Below are positions 7,839 to 15,860 of a DNA stretch of 64,000 nt, piece after piece (positions within the stretch are counted from its first letter, which is position 1; every line of letters begins with the position of its first letter). The notes below the pieces were generated by a model. It ran no database searches, had not been told where the DNA came from, and saw nothing but the letters and a program-made list of their open reading frames with translations. The DNA is taken from IMG/VR virus record IMGVR_UViG_3300045988_050655; one strand, written 5' to 3'. Made by a program: the position numbers and the translations under genes. The stretch is from a virus.

Positions 7839-8732
7839 TCAGTCGAATTTGATGGTTTGTTGACTGGCACTAGCTGCGTTGGATGGCTCTGTTCCACTAG
7901 TGCCCTTATCGCTGGGAGTGTTCTCCTGCTCTATTAAGGGGAGAATGCCCTTCGCTTTGAGTGATTCATAAAGGAAGATTCTTCCCTTGGTTGTCCACTC
8001 TGTGTTGTACTTCACATCGTGCTGACCATCCTTGCGGATGATGTCAACTGCTCGGCTATGTACGTAACCTCCTTTGAGGAACTGTCCGTACAATATCCAC
8101 TGACCTCGAACCTTATGCTGAATCCTCATAGATTCCAGTTCCTTGTTCATCCTGACTGCGCTCATTCCGTAGTCCTGAGCAATCTGCGTGATGGTCATGG
8201 TGGCGTTGCTCTGCAAGATTTTGTCGTAGTAGCTGACCTTCGGCAGCATTTCGGTAATCTTGTTGCCCAGTTCCATATTCTCCTTGCTGATAGTGAGGAT
8301 GGTTGCTTGCTGCTGCTTGTTCTCCAAGGCTAGCTGCTGTTTCTCCTCCTCGCTCTTGACTAGAGATTTGAGGGCTTCGAGATAGTTCTGAGGGACGGAT
8401 GGCTTGGATTGCTCAATCTGTCTCTTCATAGCGTTGAAGGCTTCGATGTATTTCAGTTTGAACTCCATCGCCTTCTTGCCATTGAATCCCATCGCCAGCA
8501 GAGTGAAACCATCTTGGTTCATGATGAACATTGGATAACTCTGTTTGTTCTGCTCATTGATGTAGGTCGTTTCCTCAAACATCGGGGTCTCGTCATTTTT
8601 AACGATACCCCCTTGAAGTATCTTCCTTATCGCTTTGAGAACATTATCATGAGGTTTCTCAAAGACCTCAGCAACCAGTTTGCTATTTGTTAGAGGTTGG
8701 TTGCTTTCACCTCTGTAAACGATTTCATTCAT
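7839..8732 (-). CDS. phage antirepressor: Rha (pRha) N-terminal domain plus KilAC/ANT-like C-terminal domain
   Basis: 'NQPLTNSKLVAEVFEKPHDNVLKAIRKI' and 'FTLLAMGFNGKKAMEFKLKYIEAFNAM' at the N-terminus, 'ITQIAQDYGMSAVRMNKEL' at the C-terminus. GGAGGA sits before the ATG. Confidence 0.8.
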   Translation of the reverse strand: MNEIVYRGESNQPLTNSKLVAEVFEKPHDNVLKAIRKILQGGIVKNDETPMFEETTYINEQNKQSYPMFIMNQDGFTLLAMGFNGKKAMEFKLKYIEAFNAMKRQIEQSKPSVPQNYLEALKSLVKSEEEKQQLALENKQQQATILTISKENMELGNKITEMLPKVSYYDKILQSNATMTITQIAQDYGMSAVRMNKELESMRIQHKVRGQWILYGQFLKGGYVHSRAVDIIRKDGQHDVKYNTEWTTKGRIFLYESLKAKGILPLIEQENTPSDKGTSGTEPSNAASASQQTIKFD

Positions 8733-8889
8733 AGGATTCCTCCATTTTTAAAATCGGGCGGTAGTGTATGAAACAGAAAGTGACAAATTTTCATTTTATA
8801 CATTATTAAATCTACCGTTGCCCGATTGTAGTTTTTATTTTGTACCTTTGCAGGTGACAAATTTTTATTTTAACTTAATTCAATTTCGT

Positions 8890-9105
8890 ATGAAACAGAA
8901 AATCGTACATCTACATTCTAAAGTAAACGAGAACGGTGCTCTCGTAGATTTTGACCTTGATGAAGAAATCAAGAAGTTGGAAAGAGACAACTATGTTGTT
9001 AAGCAAATCACTTCATCTTCTTCATGTCAGTATTATCCAAACAAGTCAACAGAAACATTTGTTCATGTTTTCTTACTTGTGGAAAATAACCTCGAAGCTC
9101 TTTAG
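8890..9105 (+). CDS. hypothetical protein (71 aa)
   Basis: ATG 8890 lies 40 nt downstream of a TACCTTTG box (8843-8850). Its 3' end overlaps the convergent ORF by 33 nt, so the call is uncertain. Confidence 0.35.
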   Translation: MKQKIVHLHSKVNENGALVDFDLDEEIKKLERDNYVVKQITSSSSCQYYPNKSTETFVHVFLLVENNLEAL

Positions 9106-9285
9106 TTTCTCGATTTCTACAGCTTTGTTGTGTTTGTAATACATACACAAATTAATTCTGTAGTTCCACTCTATTATTGGCGAGTTATATACCCAGTTGA
9201 AACATTCTTCAAAGTTGGTACATGATTCGCCAAGAATATAGAACATCTTTATCCTCAGCCATGTTCTGAATAATCTCTTAATCAT
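9073..9285 (-). CDS. hypothetical protein (70 aa)
   Basis: ATG 9285 is preceded by GGAGG and lies 13 nt after the stop of the Cro-like gene. Confidence 0.45.
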   Translation of the reverse strand: MIKRLFRTWLRIKMFYILGESCTNFEECFNWVYNSPIIEWNYRINLCMYYKHNKAVEIEKLKSFEVIFHK

Positions 9286-9298
9286 ATTCACCTCCTTC

Positions 9299-9496
9299 CT
9301 AGTAGAACACGACCTTATCGGTCTCAACCCCTCCGAACTCATTCAAAGCAGCCTGCCTGATGTCTTCGGATTGCTTGCTCTGACTTCTAAAACCTAGAGC
9401 GTTGTAGATTGTTTCCCTTCGGCAACCATACCGCTCAGCAAGTTTTTTTCGTCCTTCAAGCGAAACTTTGATAATTTTTATCTTTTTTACTTGCAT
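9299..9496 (-). CDS. Cro-like small HTH regulator
   Basis: 65 aa with HTH 'KKLAERYGCRRETIYNALG'. Divergent from the CI-like gene across a 155-bp gap. Confidence 0.55.
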   Translation of the reverse strand: MQVKKIKIIKVSLEGRKKLAERYGCRRETIYNALGFRSQSKQSEDIRQAALNEFGGVETDKVVFY

Positions 9497-9556
9497 AACT
9501 TAATTTTTATTTGTATTTTTGCTTTTAAATATATAGCAACTTGTTGTTTACGGTTG

Positions 9557-9564
9557 CAAAGGTA
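9557..9564 (-). promoter_or_regulatory. Bacteroides-type -7 box (TACCTTTG on minus strand) for the Cro-like operon
   Basis: Exact TAnnTTTG match, 60 nt upstream of the 9496 start. Confidence 0.45.
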
Positions 9565-9571
9565 TGCAAAT

Positions 9572-9591
9572 ATGTTTAGATCACCAAACAT
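9572..9591. promoter_or_regulatory. candidate operator palindrome ATGTTT-N8-AAACAT
   Basis: Perfect 6-bp inverted repeat in the divergent CI/Cro intergenic region, overlapping a TATGTTTA near-box. Confidence 0.35.
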
Positions 9592-9651
9592 TTCTGCATA
9601 TTTCTTTAGTCAGTTATGTTTATTTAAGTATAGTTTAAAAATGTAAAATGT

Positions 9652-10038
9652 ATGGAAAGTCTTGTAGCACAGAGAATTAAGTCTGTTTTAGAATCTAAAC
9701 AGATTAGTATAGCTGCATTTTCAAAAATGATTGGAATGCAGCAAGTAACTTGTAATCGCCAAATTCGTGGCGACCAAGCAGTATCACTTGGACTCATTGA
9801 AGGTTTCCTGAAAGAGTTTGATGAGATTTCAGCCGAGTGGCTTCTTCGTGGTAAGGGAAATCAGGAGAATGAGGAACCGTCGTTCTTGGTTGCAGAACCA
9901 ACACCTGGGTATCATGAAGACAGAAACGACTTATTAAGCGATTCCGTCTGGAAGGCGAAGTACGAAGAGTTGGAGAAACGCTACGACCAGCTACTATCTA
10001 TCTTGGGCGGTGGCATGAGACAAGCGAATGTAGGTTAA
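9652..10038 (+). CDS. CI-like phage repressor (Phage_CI_repr/XRE-type HTH)
   Basis: 'ISIAAFSKMIGMQQVTCNRQIRG' and 'FDEISAEWLLRGKG', typical of Bacteroides phage CI-type repressors. Confidence 0.85.
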   Translation: MESLVAQRIKSVLESKQISIAAFSKMIGMQQVTCNRQIRGDQAVSLGLIEGFLKEFDEISAEWLLRGKGNQENEEPSFLVAEPTPGYHEDRNDLLSDSVWKAKYEELEKRYDQLLSILGGGMRQANVG

Positions 10039-10043
10039 TATGA

Positions 10044-10472
10044 ATGTTTAATTATAAAAATGTGGTAGATATGAAACTGATTATAACAAATTTATACACG
10101 TTGTTAGTTCTAGTGGTATGTGATGCGATAGTCCTCTTGTCTGTGAAGTGGGCTATTACCATTGATGTTGTTTATATAGTGTTGTTAATGATTGGAACAT
10201 TGCCATTTATGGTGGTGTCGACCTTATTTGATAAGTCGATAACGTTCTTCCCTTATTATTTCATCAGATTGAGACAGGTTGATGTTTATAGTTCCTTTTT
10301 CCTATATATGCTTGGCTTTGCTTTTGGAACGTTCTATTTGTGGCATACGTTTTGGCAGCATGATGGTCATTGGATATTAGGATGTATCTTTGGTACAATA
10401 CTGAACTGGATATTGGTGGCAATGAAAGGAAATGATTTAGTGTTGGTTCATAAAAGAATGGGGGTAATGTAA
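10044..10472 (+). CDS. integral membrane protein (about 4 TM segments)
   Basis: Hydrophobic stretches throughout. Co-transcribed orientation directly after the repressor. Confidence 0.55.
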   Translation: MFNYKNVVDMKLIITNLYTLLVLVVCDAIVLLSVKWAITIDVVYIVLLMIGTLPFMVVSTLFDKSITFFPYYFIRLRQVDVYSSFFLYMLGFAFGTFYLWHTFWQHDGHWILGCIFGTILNWILVAMKGNDLVLVHKRMGVM

Positions 10473-10915
10473 TGGAAGTCTTTATTGGTATCATGTTGCT
10501 TTTAGCAATTATTGCTGTAATATTTGTACAGAGAATAATAAGCGTGAATCGTGAGTTGAGTGATAAGAAGGCAAAGGAAATGCTAGAAAGGCTGAGGAAA
10601 GATTGTTCTGAACAACATTCAATATGTGTTACTATTGATGGTTGTAAAATAATGCTAAGAGAAGATTTCATAAAGAAAGAATGGAATAAAACTGGTGAAG
10701 GTGGAATACCTGTCCGTGGTCAATATGAACCAGCAGTACATTTTCTGAAACGTATTGACGAATATCGCAAAATGAAGGCTGAGCAGAAAAGACGTTATGA
10801 TGAGGAGGTGGCACGAAAGAAACAGAGTATCTTGAGTAGATGCGCAAAGGCTCCTTTATCAAAGTCCGAGTATGAAGCTGACGAAATATTAAAGAACTAC
10901 AAAGGAGAATTGTAA
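10472..10915 (+). CDS. membrane-anchored protein (N-terminal TM, charged soluble domain)
   Basis: 'MEVFIGIMLLLAIIAVIFV' anchor. Start overlaps the upstream stop (ATGtaATG context). Confidence 0.55.
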   Translation: MEVFIGIMLLLAIIAVIFVQRIISVNRELSDKKAKEMLERLRKDCSEQHSICVTIDGCKIMLREDFIKKEWNKTGEGGIPVRGQYEPAVHFLKRIDEYRKMKAEQKRRYDEEVARKKQSILSRCAKAPLSKSEYEADEILKNYKGEL

Positions 10916-10953
10916 CTTTCAGTACTTGTGTTATTAATTTAAATGTGTGAGAT

Positions 10954-11397
10954 ATGAAAAGATTATTTTTATTATTACTGACACTCTTTATGATAATTGG
11001 AGTGCAGGCACAGAGACCGAGTGTTAAGGAACAAATGGAGATTAAGCAGAATTACATGAATTTCTGTAAGGACTTGAATCAACAGTTGCCAATACAAGTG
11101 GATGATTACACAAGGTTCTATGCTGTAAGTTTCGTTAATTGGACTCTGACAGCGTATTATCAGCTTGATGTAGATTCTGATGATTTTTCAGAGAATGAAC
11201 TGATTGAACTTCATGGCGAGTTGCGTTCTGCATTCAAGGAGTCTGCTAGAAGAATGTTCGCCAGTGGCAATTATGATTTGAAACGTGATGAATGGAAATG
11301 GTTTATGAGGGGCACAGGAATGAAGTTTAGGGCAAATTATAAAGATGCTTACGACAGACCGATGCTTAATATTACTTTAGATTATTCTGATTTCTAA
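10954..11397 (+). CDS. secreted protein with signal peptide
   Basis: 'MKRLFLLLLTLFMIIGVQAQ' signal-like N-terminus. Confidence 0.55.
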   Translation: MKRLFLLLLTLFMIIGVQAQRPSVKEQMEIKQNYMNFCKDLNQQLPIQVDDYTRFYAVSFVNWTLTAYYQLDVDSDDFSENELIELHGELRSAFKESARRMFASGNYDLKRDEWKWFMRGTGMKFRANYKDAYDRPMLNITLDYSDF

Positions 11398-11449
11398 TCA
11401 TATAAACTCCTCAACTAGGAAAAAATATTTTCCCAACTAGAAAAGTAAA

Positions 11450-11851
11450 ATGGCAGAAATAACTAGCGAACAGAAGTTGTATGTGCTACTGAAATATAAG
11501 AAAGAGCGGACAAAGAAGGAAGAGAAGATTCTTTCTATATTAAATGAGAAGGCAAATCTAGGCTCTGCTGATTTAGAGGAAGCGGACAAAGAATGCTGTA
11601 ATCAAAAGTGGCTAAGCATAGTTCACGTAGTAGAAGAATTGGGTTATACAACAAAGTGCTCTCACAGAATAGAACTATCTGAGTCTGGTGAATCTCAGAT
11701 AGAAAAGTTCTGGAGAGAATCTAAGTATAACCCTGATAATGCGTGGAAGTCTAGAGTTGTAAAATTGTCTTCTGTAATTACGGCAATAATCTCGTTAGTA
11801 TATTTCCTAGCGTGGTTATGCCAATTAATACAAAACTCAGTAAGAAAATAA
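11450..11851 (+). CDS. hypothetical protein with C-terminal TM anchor
   Basis: Soluble N-terminal domain followed by 'VITAIISLVYFLAWLCQLI'. Confidence 0.5.
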   Translation: MAEITSEQKLYVLLKYKKERTKKEEKILSILNEKANLGSADLEEADKECCNQKWLSIVHVVEELGYTTKCSHRIELSESGESQIEKFWRESKYNPDNAWKSRVVKLSSVITAIISLVYFLAWLCQLIQNSVRK

Positions 11852-11978
11852 TGATGTTCAATAATATCTTTATGTATCTTATGTCTTCTTTCATAAGCCA
11901 ATAATTTAAAAGTTTATGTGGCAAAGTTACGGCTTTCTCCTGAGAATCAGGCACAAATTACATAGTTTAACTTTTAAT

Positions 11979-12018
11979 CTCTGCAAAGTTTGCAGCAAAC
12001 GTTGCAAACCTTGCAGAG
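11979..12018. repeat. 40-nt imperfect palindrome (two nested inverted repeats built from TTGCA units)
   Basis: CTCTGCAAAG-TTTGCAGC-AAAC-GTTGCAAA-CCTTGCAGAG. Outer arms match 9/10, inner arms 7/8. No flanking T-run. Confidence 0.7.
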
Positions 12019-12033
12019 ACTAAGAGTTGGTAT

Positions 12034-12066
12034 GGAGAGGGTACGGAGCGGGTACGGAGAGGGTCT
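12034..12066. repeat. three tandem 11-nt repeats (GGAGAGGGTAC / GGAGCGGGTAC / GGAGAGGGTCT) abutting the integrase stop codon
   Basis: Read directly. The period of 11 nt is one helical turn. Confidence 0.75.
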
Positions 12067-13228
12067 AGTTCTTGTCGAAGAACTTATCAATGAGTCCCAT
12101 TGCATCATTCTTTTTCTTGTCTATAATCTTGGCATAAATCTCGGTGGTGGCGATTCTTGTATGCCCCATCAACTTGCTGGTAGTGTAGATGTCTGCACCC
12201 AGTGTAAGCATCATGGTTCCAAAGGTATGCCTTGCAGTATGAAAGGTGATGTCCTTCTTGATGCCAGCGTTGGCTGCCCATACCTTGATATGAGTGAGAA
12301 CCGTCTGTTCGCATCCCATACCATTGAAGATGAACTCGTTTCCGTCCTGCTCAGGCAACCATTCTATAGCCTTGCCTGACAGATTGTAGGAAACCATCTT
12401 GTTGGTCTTCTTCTGTATGATAGAAAGATGCCATGACTTGGTTCCGTCCTCGTTGGTCACTTCCCTGATGTCCGACCATTTCAGTCTCCTGATGTCCGAG
12501 ATACGCAAACCGCAAAAGCAGGAGAACATAAATGCCTGCTTGATAACTGGAACCTTGCATTCTGTTTCTGCCAGTTTCTTCACCTCCTCAATATCCAAGA
12601 AAACCCTACTTGTTTCAGGTTTCTTTGGCTTCTCTCGCTTATCCACCTCGCTGAATGGATTCTTGTATATCATTCCACTTTTCACGGCTCTGCTGAGCAT
12701 TTCATTGAGGTGGTTGCAATACATAATCTTGGTGTAGCTGGAAAGCGGCTCTCCATTGCTCTTCTTGGTGTTGTTCAGGAACTCAATGAATCCCACACAA
12801 TACTTCTTGTCAATGCTAGATAGCTTGATGTTATCTCCCTTGTAGGCGATGAGTTGCTTTCGGGTGCATTCTATCTGTGCTGCGATGCGGCTTGGAGACT
12901 GCGATGTCTTCATCTTGTAGGTCTTGAAGTTGTCTATCCAGTCCATGAGCTTCATCTTGCTCTTGACGGATATGATACCCGAAATGCTATTCTTGATGTC
13001 CAGTACTCTCTGAGCCTTGATAACATTGGCGGTAACCATAGTTTCAGCATTCTTTCTTCTTGCCTCTGCCTTACCTCTACCCACTTCTGGTACGATGTAG
13101 AGTTTCAGGAACTCATAGGTTCTCTTGCCGTCCTTGTAGATGTCCAGATAGACACTCTTGTTTCCGTTGGCAAGTTCCTTGAATCTGATAGTGACAGGTT
13201 CTTTTTCGATTGTTTTCTTCCTTCCCAT
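12065..13228 (-). CDS. int: tyrosine-type site-specific integrase (Bacteroides phage-integrase family)
   Basis: Catalytic region 'LRISDIRRLKW', 'HTARHTFGTMML', 'LMGHTRIATTEIYAKI'. ATG 13228 lies behind a TATCTTTG box. The ORF track extends to 13318. Confidence 0.9.
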   Translation of the reverse strand: MGRKKTIEKEPVTIRFKELANGNKSVYLDIYKDGKRTYEFLKLYIVPEVGRGKAEARRKNAETMVTANVIKAQRVLDIKNSISGIISVKSKMKLMDWIDNFKTYKMKTSQSPSRIAAQIECTRKQLIAYKGDNIKLSSIDKKYCVGFIEFLNNTKKSNGEPLSSYTKIMYCNHLNEMLSRAVKSGMIYKNPFSEVDKREKPKKPETSRVFLDIEEVKKLAETECKVPVIKQAFMFSCFCGLRISDIRRLKWSDIREVTNEDGTKSWHLSIIQKKTNKMVSYNLSGKAIEWLPEQDGNEFIFNGMGCEQTVLTHIKVWAANAGIKKDITFHTARHTFGTMMLTLGADIYTTSKLMGHTRIATTEIYAKIIDKKKNDAMGLIDKFFDKN

Positions 13229-13253
13229 AAGCCTTTCTTTTATAAATCTGCTG

Positions 13254-13261
13254 CAAAGATA
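13254..13261 (-). promoter_or_regulatory. Bacteroides-type -7 box (TATCTTTG on minus strand) for int
   Basis: Exact match, 25 nt upstream of ATG 13228. Confidence 0.5.
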
Positions 13262-13291
13262 AGCATTTTTTTTGTTACTCGCAAGTTTTGG

Positions 13292-13640
13292 GTAACAAAA
13301 TAGTAACAAAACTAACACGTATCAAATGTATAGGTAATGTATATCAAGCTTTCGGATAATTAATTTTTCAAAAAGGTAAAGCGTTGATAACTAAAAGTTT
13401 AGATATACATTTGATATACATTAGGTAACAGATAGCTTAAAGTGGGCTATCTACTATCTTTATTATTCCAATATGATTTATTTCACTAGTTAAACATCTG
13501 ATTTATAGATAGTTATGAATTTCTTTGTTTTTAGTGAGTAACAAAATAGCAACAATGAAGTGTTAATCTTTGCAAAGTAACTAGCTTGCCCACAACAAAG
13601 ATACGAATTAAATCTTATTCACAATTAGTTTTCAAAAAGG
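13292..13640. repeat. cluster of dispersed direct and inverted repeats (iteron-like or arm-site-like)
   Basis: Three repeat sets: an 18-nt direct repeat GTAACAAAATAG(T/C)AACAA at 13292-13309 and 13538-13555; a 12-nt direct repeat TTTTCAAAAAGG at 13365-13376 and 13629-13640; and four TATACAT(T) copies, two inverted at 13326-13344 and two direct at 13404-13422. Confidence 0.7.
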
Positions 13641-13735
13641 CTTTAACTTAGATTAACATTGTGTCGTTTCGTATATCTGATGTATACCCATTTCCCTAAA
13701 AATCCAATTTCCTTTACATTCAACACTTTTTAGCA

Positions 13736-13767
13736 TTTGGCGGTTCCAAAAATTGTTTCTATCTTTG
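13736..13767 (+). promoter_or_regulatory. canonical Bacteroides promoter (-33 TTTG at 13736-13739, -7 TATCTTTG at 13760-13767)
   Basis: Both elements are present with 20-nt spacing. Confidence 0.55.
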
Positions 13768-13834
13768 CATCGTCAATGTTGCAGATTGACAGACTAAAGT
13801 AGTCCTCCTTTCAAGGCGAAAGCCTACAAGATAT

Positions 13835-13881
13835 GAGTCCCCTAGTTCTTGCTGCAACCAAGACTTCGGGACTCTTTTTTT
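13835..13881 (+). terminator. strong intrinsic terminator 7 nt before the 13888 start codon
   Basis: GAGTCCC...GGGACTC outer stem plus an inner AGT(T)CTTG/CAAGACT helix, followed by T7 (13875-13881). Confidence 0.7.
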
Positions 13882-13887
13882 AATGTT

Positions 13888-14694
13888 ATGCAGTATATAA
13901 ATGTAACCATAGAACTTCTTAAAGCATACTCTTCAAACAAGAGCATGAAGGAACTTCTTGCGGTTGCTATTTGGATAAAGATGCAGCATAGCAATTCTGT
14001 AATGTGGAATGTTACGGAATACAAATTAAGAAAAGAGTTGCATATCGGGAAACCAAAAGCAGAAAGACTTATTCAAGATATGAAGGAAGATGGCTTGTTT
14101 ACCGTTGACGGAAACAAGGTTATTGTTCATTCATTCCGTGACAACACGATAAAGTGGACTCGTAAGGGTCGTGAGTATCGTGGTGCTATGGTCTGTAAGT
14201 TTGAGGTGAAAGAATATACATTGAAGGAACTATTCAATCTTATCAATGAGAAGCTTTTTGAATTTCAGATTTGTGCTGCCGAGCATAAGGACTGTTGTAT
14301 GAAAGCACCTGAGGGTGAAAAAGTCGGTGCCAAAGGTAAAGCAATCACAATAAAGCAATTTCAGAAGGCTCTCAATACAAGTGGTAGTTCTGTTTCAAGA
14401 ATCAAGAAGAGACTTCTTGCCAGTGGTAGAATTAATTCTACTCTTGCAGAGAAACATTCCTTTGACATCAGGAATGAGGAAGAAACAAAAAGAACATTGT
14501 TGAGAACGAGAAAAACCAAAGCAGACTTTATTGTCGGCACTCTGGGATTTGTAGTTCTTGCCTGTTCTTATTCTATTGCTGATAGAGCGGTGTCGGATGG
14601 ATTCAGACATCTTATCTATGGCAAGCAGAGTGAAAAGGTTATACAGAAAAACATGAGTAGTATTGGAGGAATCCCTGACGGATTTTTCTGTTAA
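13888..14694 (+). CDS. hypothetical DNA-binding protein (possible replication initiator)
   Basis: Two wHTH-like segments, 'KLRKELHIGKPKAERLIQDMKEDGLF' and 'ITIKQFQKALNTSGSSVSRIKKRL'. Located next to the repeat cluster. The track start at 13849 is a TTG inside the terminator hairpin. Confidence 0.5.
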   Translation: MQYINVTIELLKAYSSNKSMKELLAVAIWIKMQHSNSVMWNVTEYKLRKELHIGKPKAERLIQDMKEDGLFTVDGNKVIVHSFRDNTIKWTRKGREYRGAMVCKFEVKEYTLKELFNLINEKLFEFQICAAEHKDCCMKAPEGEKVGAKGKAITIKQFQKALNTSGSSVSRIKKRLLASGRINSTLAEKHSFDIRNEEETKRTLLRTRKTKADFIVGTLGFVVLACSYSIADRAVSDGFRHLIYGKQSEKVIQKNMSSIGGIPDGFFC

Positions 14695-14761
14695 TTGCTT
14701 AGGTGTTTATTTTGGTAAGCTACATTGAAAGAAAGAAAATATATTTAGTAAGTTATTAGTT

Positions 14762-15466
14762 ATGATTAAACCAACTTATGAAAAGTTCAAGAGATATTGT
14801 ATATCGAAGAACTATGGAACAGATGAATACATCAAGAGTCTTTATGATTATCTTGATGAGAGGGAGTGGAAGAAGGCAAATGGAGAGGAACCAGTAAACT
14901 GGATGATTCTCACTGATGCTAACTTTGGTGTGTTCAACGCTAAAGGTAAATTCTCTAGAGCAATCAGGGAAAAATTGGCTGAAAAGTCGGAAGATTTCGA
15001 CCCTGTTGAGCCATTCCCTGATAATGGCATGAACTATGTGGCTTATACGGATGGAAGTTGTGACAATCATTCTAAGTATAAGGCTGGAGGTTCGGCTTAT
15101 ATCGTGTTGAAGGATGGCGATATTGTCAAGATGAAGAATCATGGCAGACTACAGACTACGAATAATAGAATGGAGTTGCTTGCTATCATCAGTGCAGCTA
15201 AGTCTTGCCCATCTGGTGCTTATCTTGATATTTATACAGATAGCCAGTACTGCATACTTGTGTTGGGGAAGAGTACTCCACCAAAGAAGAATCCTGACCT
15301 CTATGAGTTGTACAAGAAATGCTCTGCTCATTTGGCAGGAGTTCAGTTTCATTGGGTAAAAGGTCACAATGGTGACAAGTACAATGAAATGGTTGATGAT
15401 TTGGCTTATGGTGCGTACTGCGAGATATGTGAGCAATATAATATAGAGAAATTGAAAAGACATTAA
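14762..15466 (+). CDS. ribonuclease HI with ~95-aa N-terminal extension
   Basis: 'YTDGSC', 'TTNNRMELLAII', 'IYTDSQYC', 'WVKGHNGDKYNEMVDDLA' give the complete RNase H DEDD pattern. Confidence 0.85.
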   Translation: MIKPTYEKFKRYCISKNYGTDEYIKSLYDYLDEREWKKANGEEPVNWMILTDANFGVFNAKGKFSRAIREKLAEKSEDFDPVEPFPDNGMNYVAYTDGSCDNHSKYKAGGSAYIVLKDGDIVKMKNHGRLQTTNNRMELLAIISAAKSCPSGAYLDIYTDSQYCILVLGKSTPPKKNPDLYELYKKCSAHLAGVQFHWVKGHNGDKYNEMVDDLAYGAYCEICEQYNIEKLKRH

Positions 15467-15477
15467 AATTTTGGCTT

Positions 15478-15858
15478 ATGGAACTTGATATGTTGATTAG
15501 AGATGCCCTGAGTGATGCCCAGTGGTTAATTGCGAAGGGCGGCACGGATAGGGCAGAAGTCCTGAATCGTGTGATGGGTAAGATTGATGATGTCCTGAAA
15601 GAACTGGATGGGGTTGAACTCATTGACCTCAACAAGGTTTGGCATCAGGCGAAAGATGTTATGCCACCAAGAATTTATGGTGGCAATCATGCAGACTTGC
15701 TGTGTGTGCATCAGTTCAAGCCTACCTCTCATCCTATTCTTACTCATGAAGAGTACTGCCCTGAGGAGGAAGCGTATCTTAAAGCGAGTCCGAATGACTG
15801 GTGGTGCAGAACTGGGGATTTGTTGAAGAAGGAACATCGTGAACTTTATTGGAGATAG
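15478..15858 (+). CDS. hypothetical protein (126 aa)
   Basis: ATG ORF in the operon. No motif recognised. Confidence 0.5.
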   Translation: MELDMLIRDALSDAQWLIAKGGTDRAEVLNRVMGKIDDVLKELDGVELIDLNKVWHQAKDVMPPRIYGGNHADLLCVHQFKPTSHPILTHEEYCPEEEAYLKASPNDWWCRTGDLLKKEHRELYWR

Positions 15859-15860
15859 AT

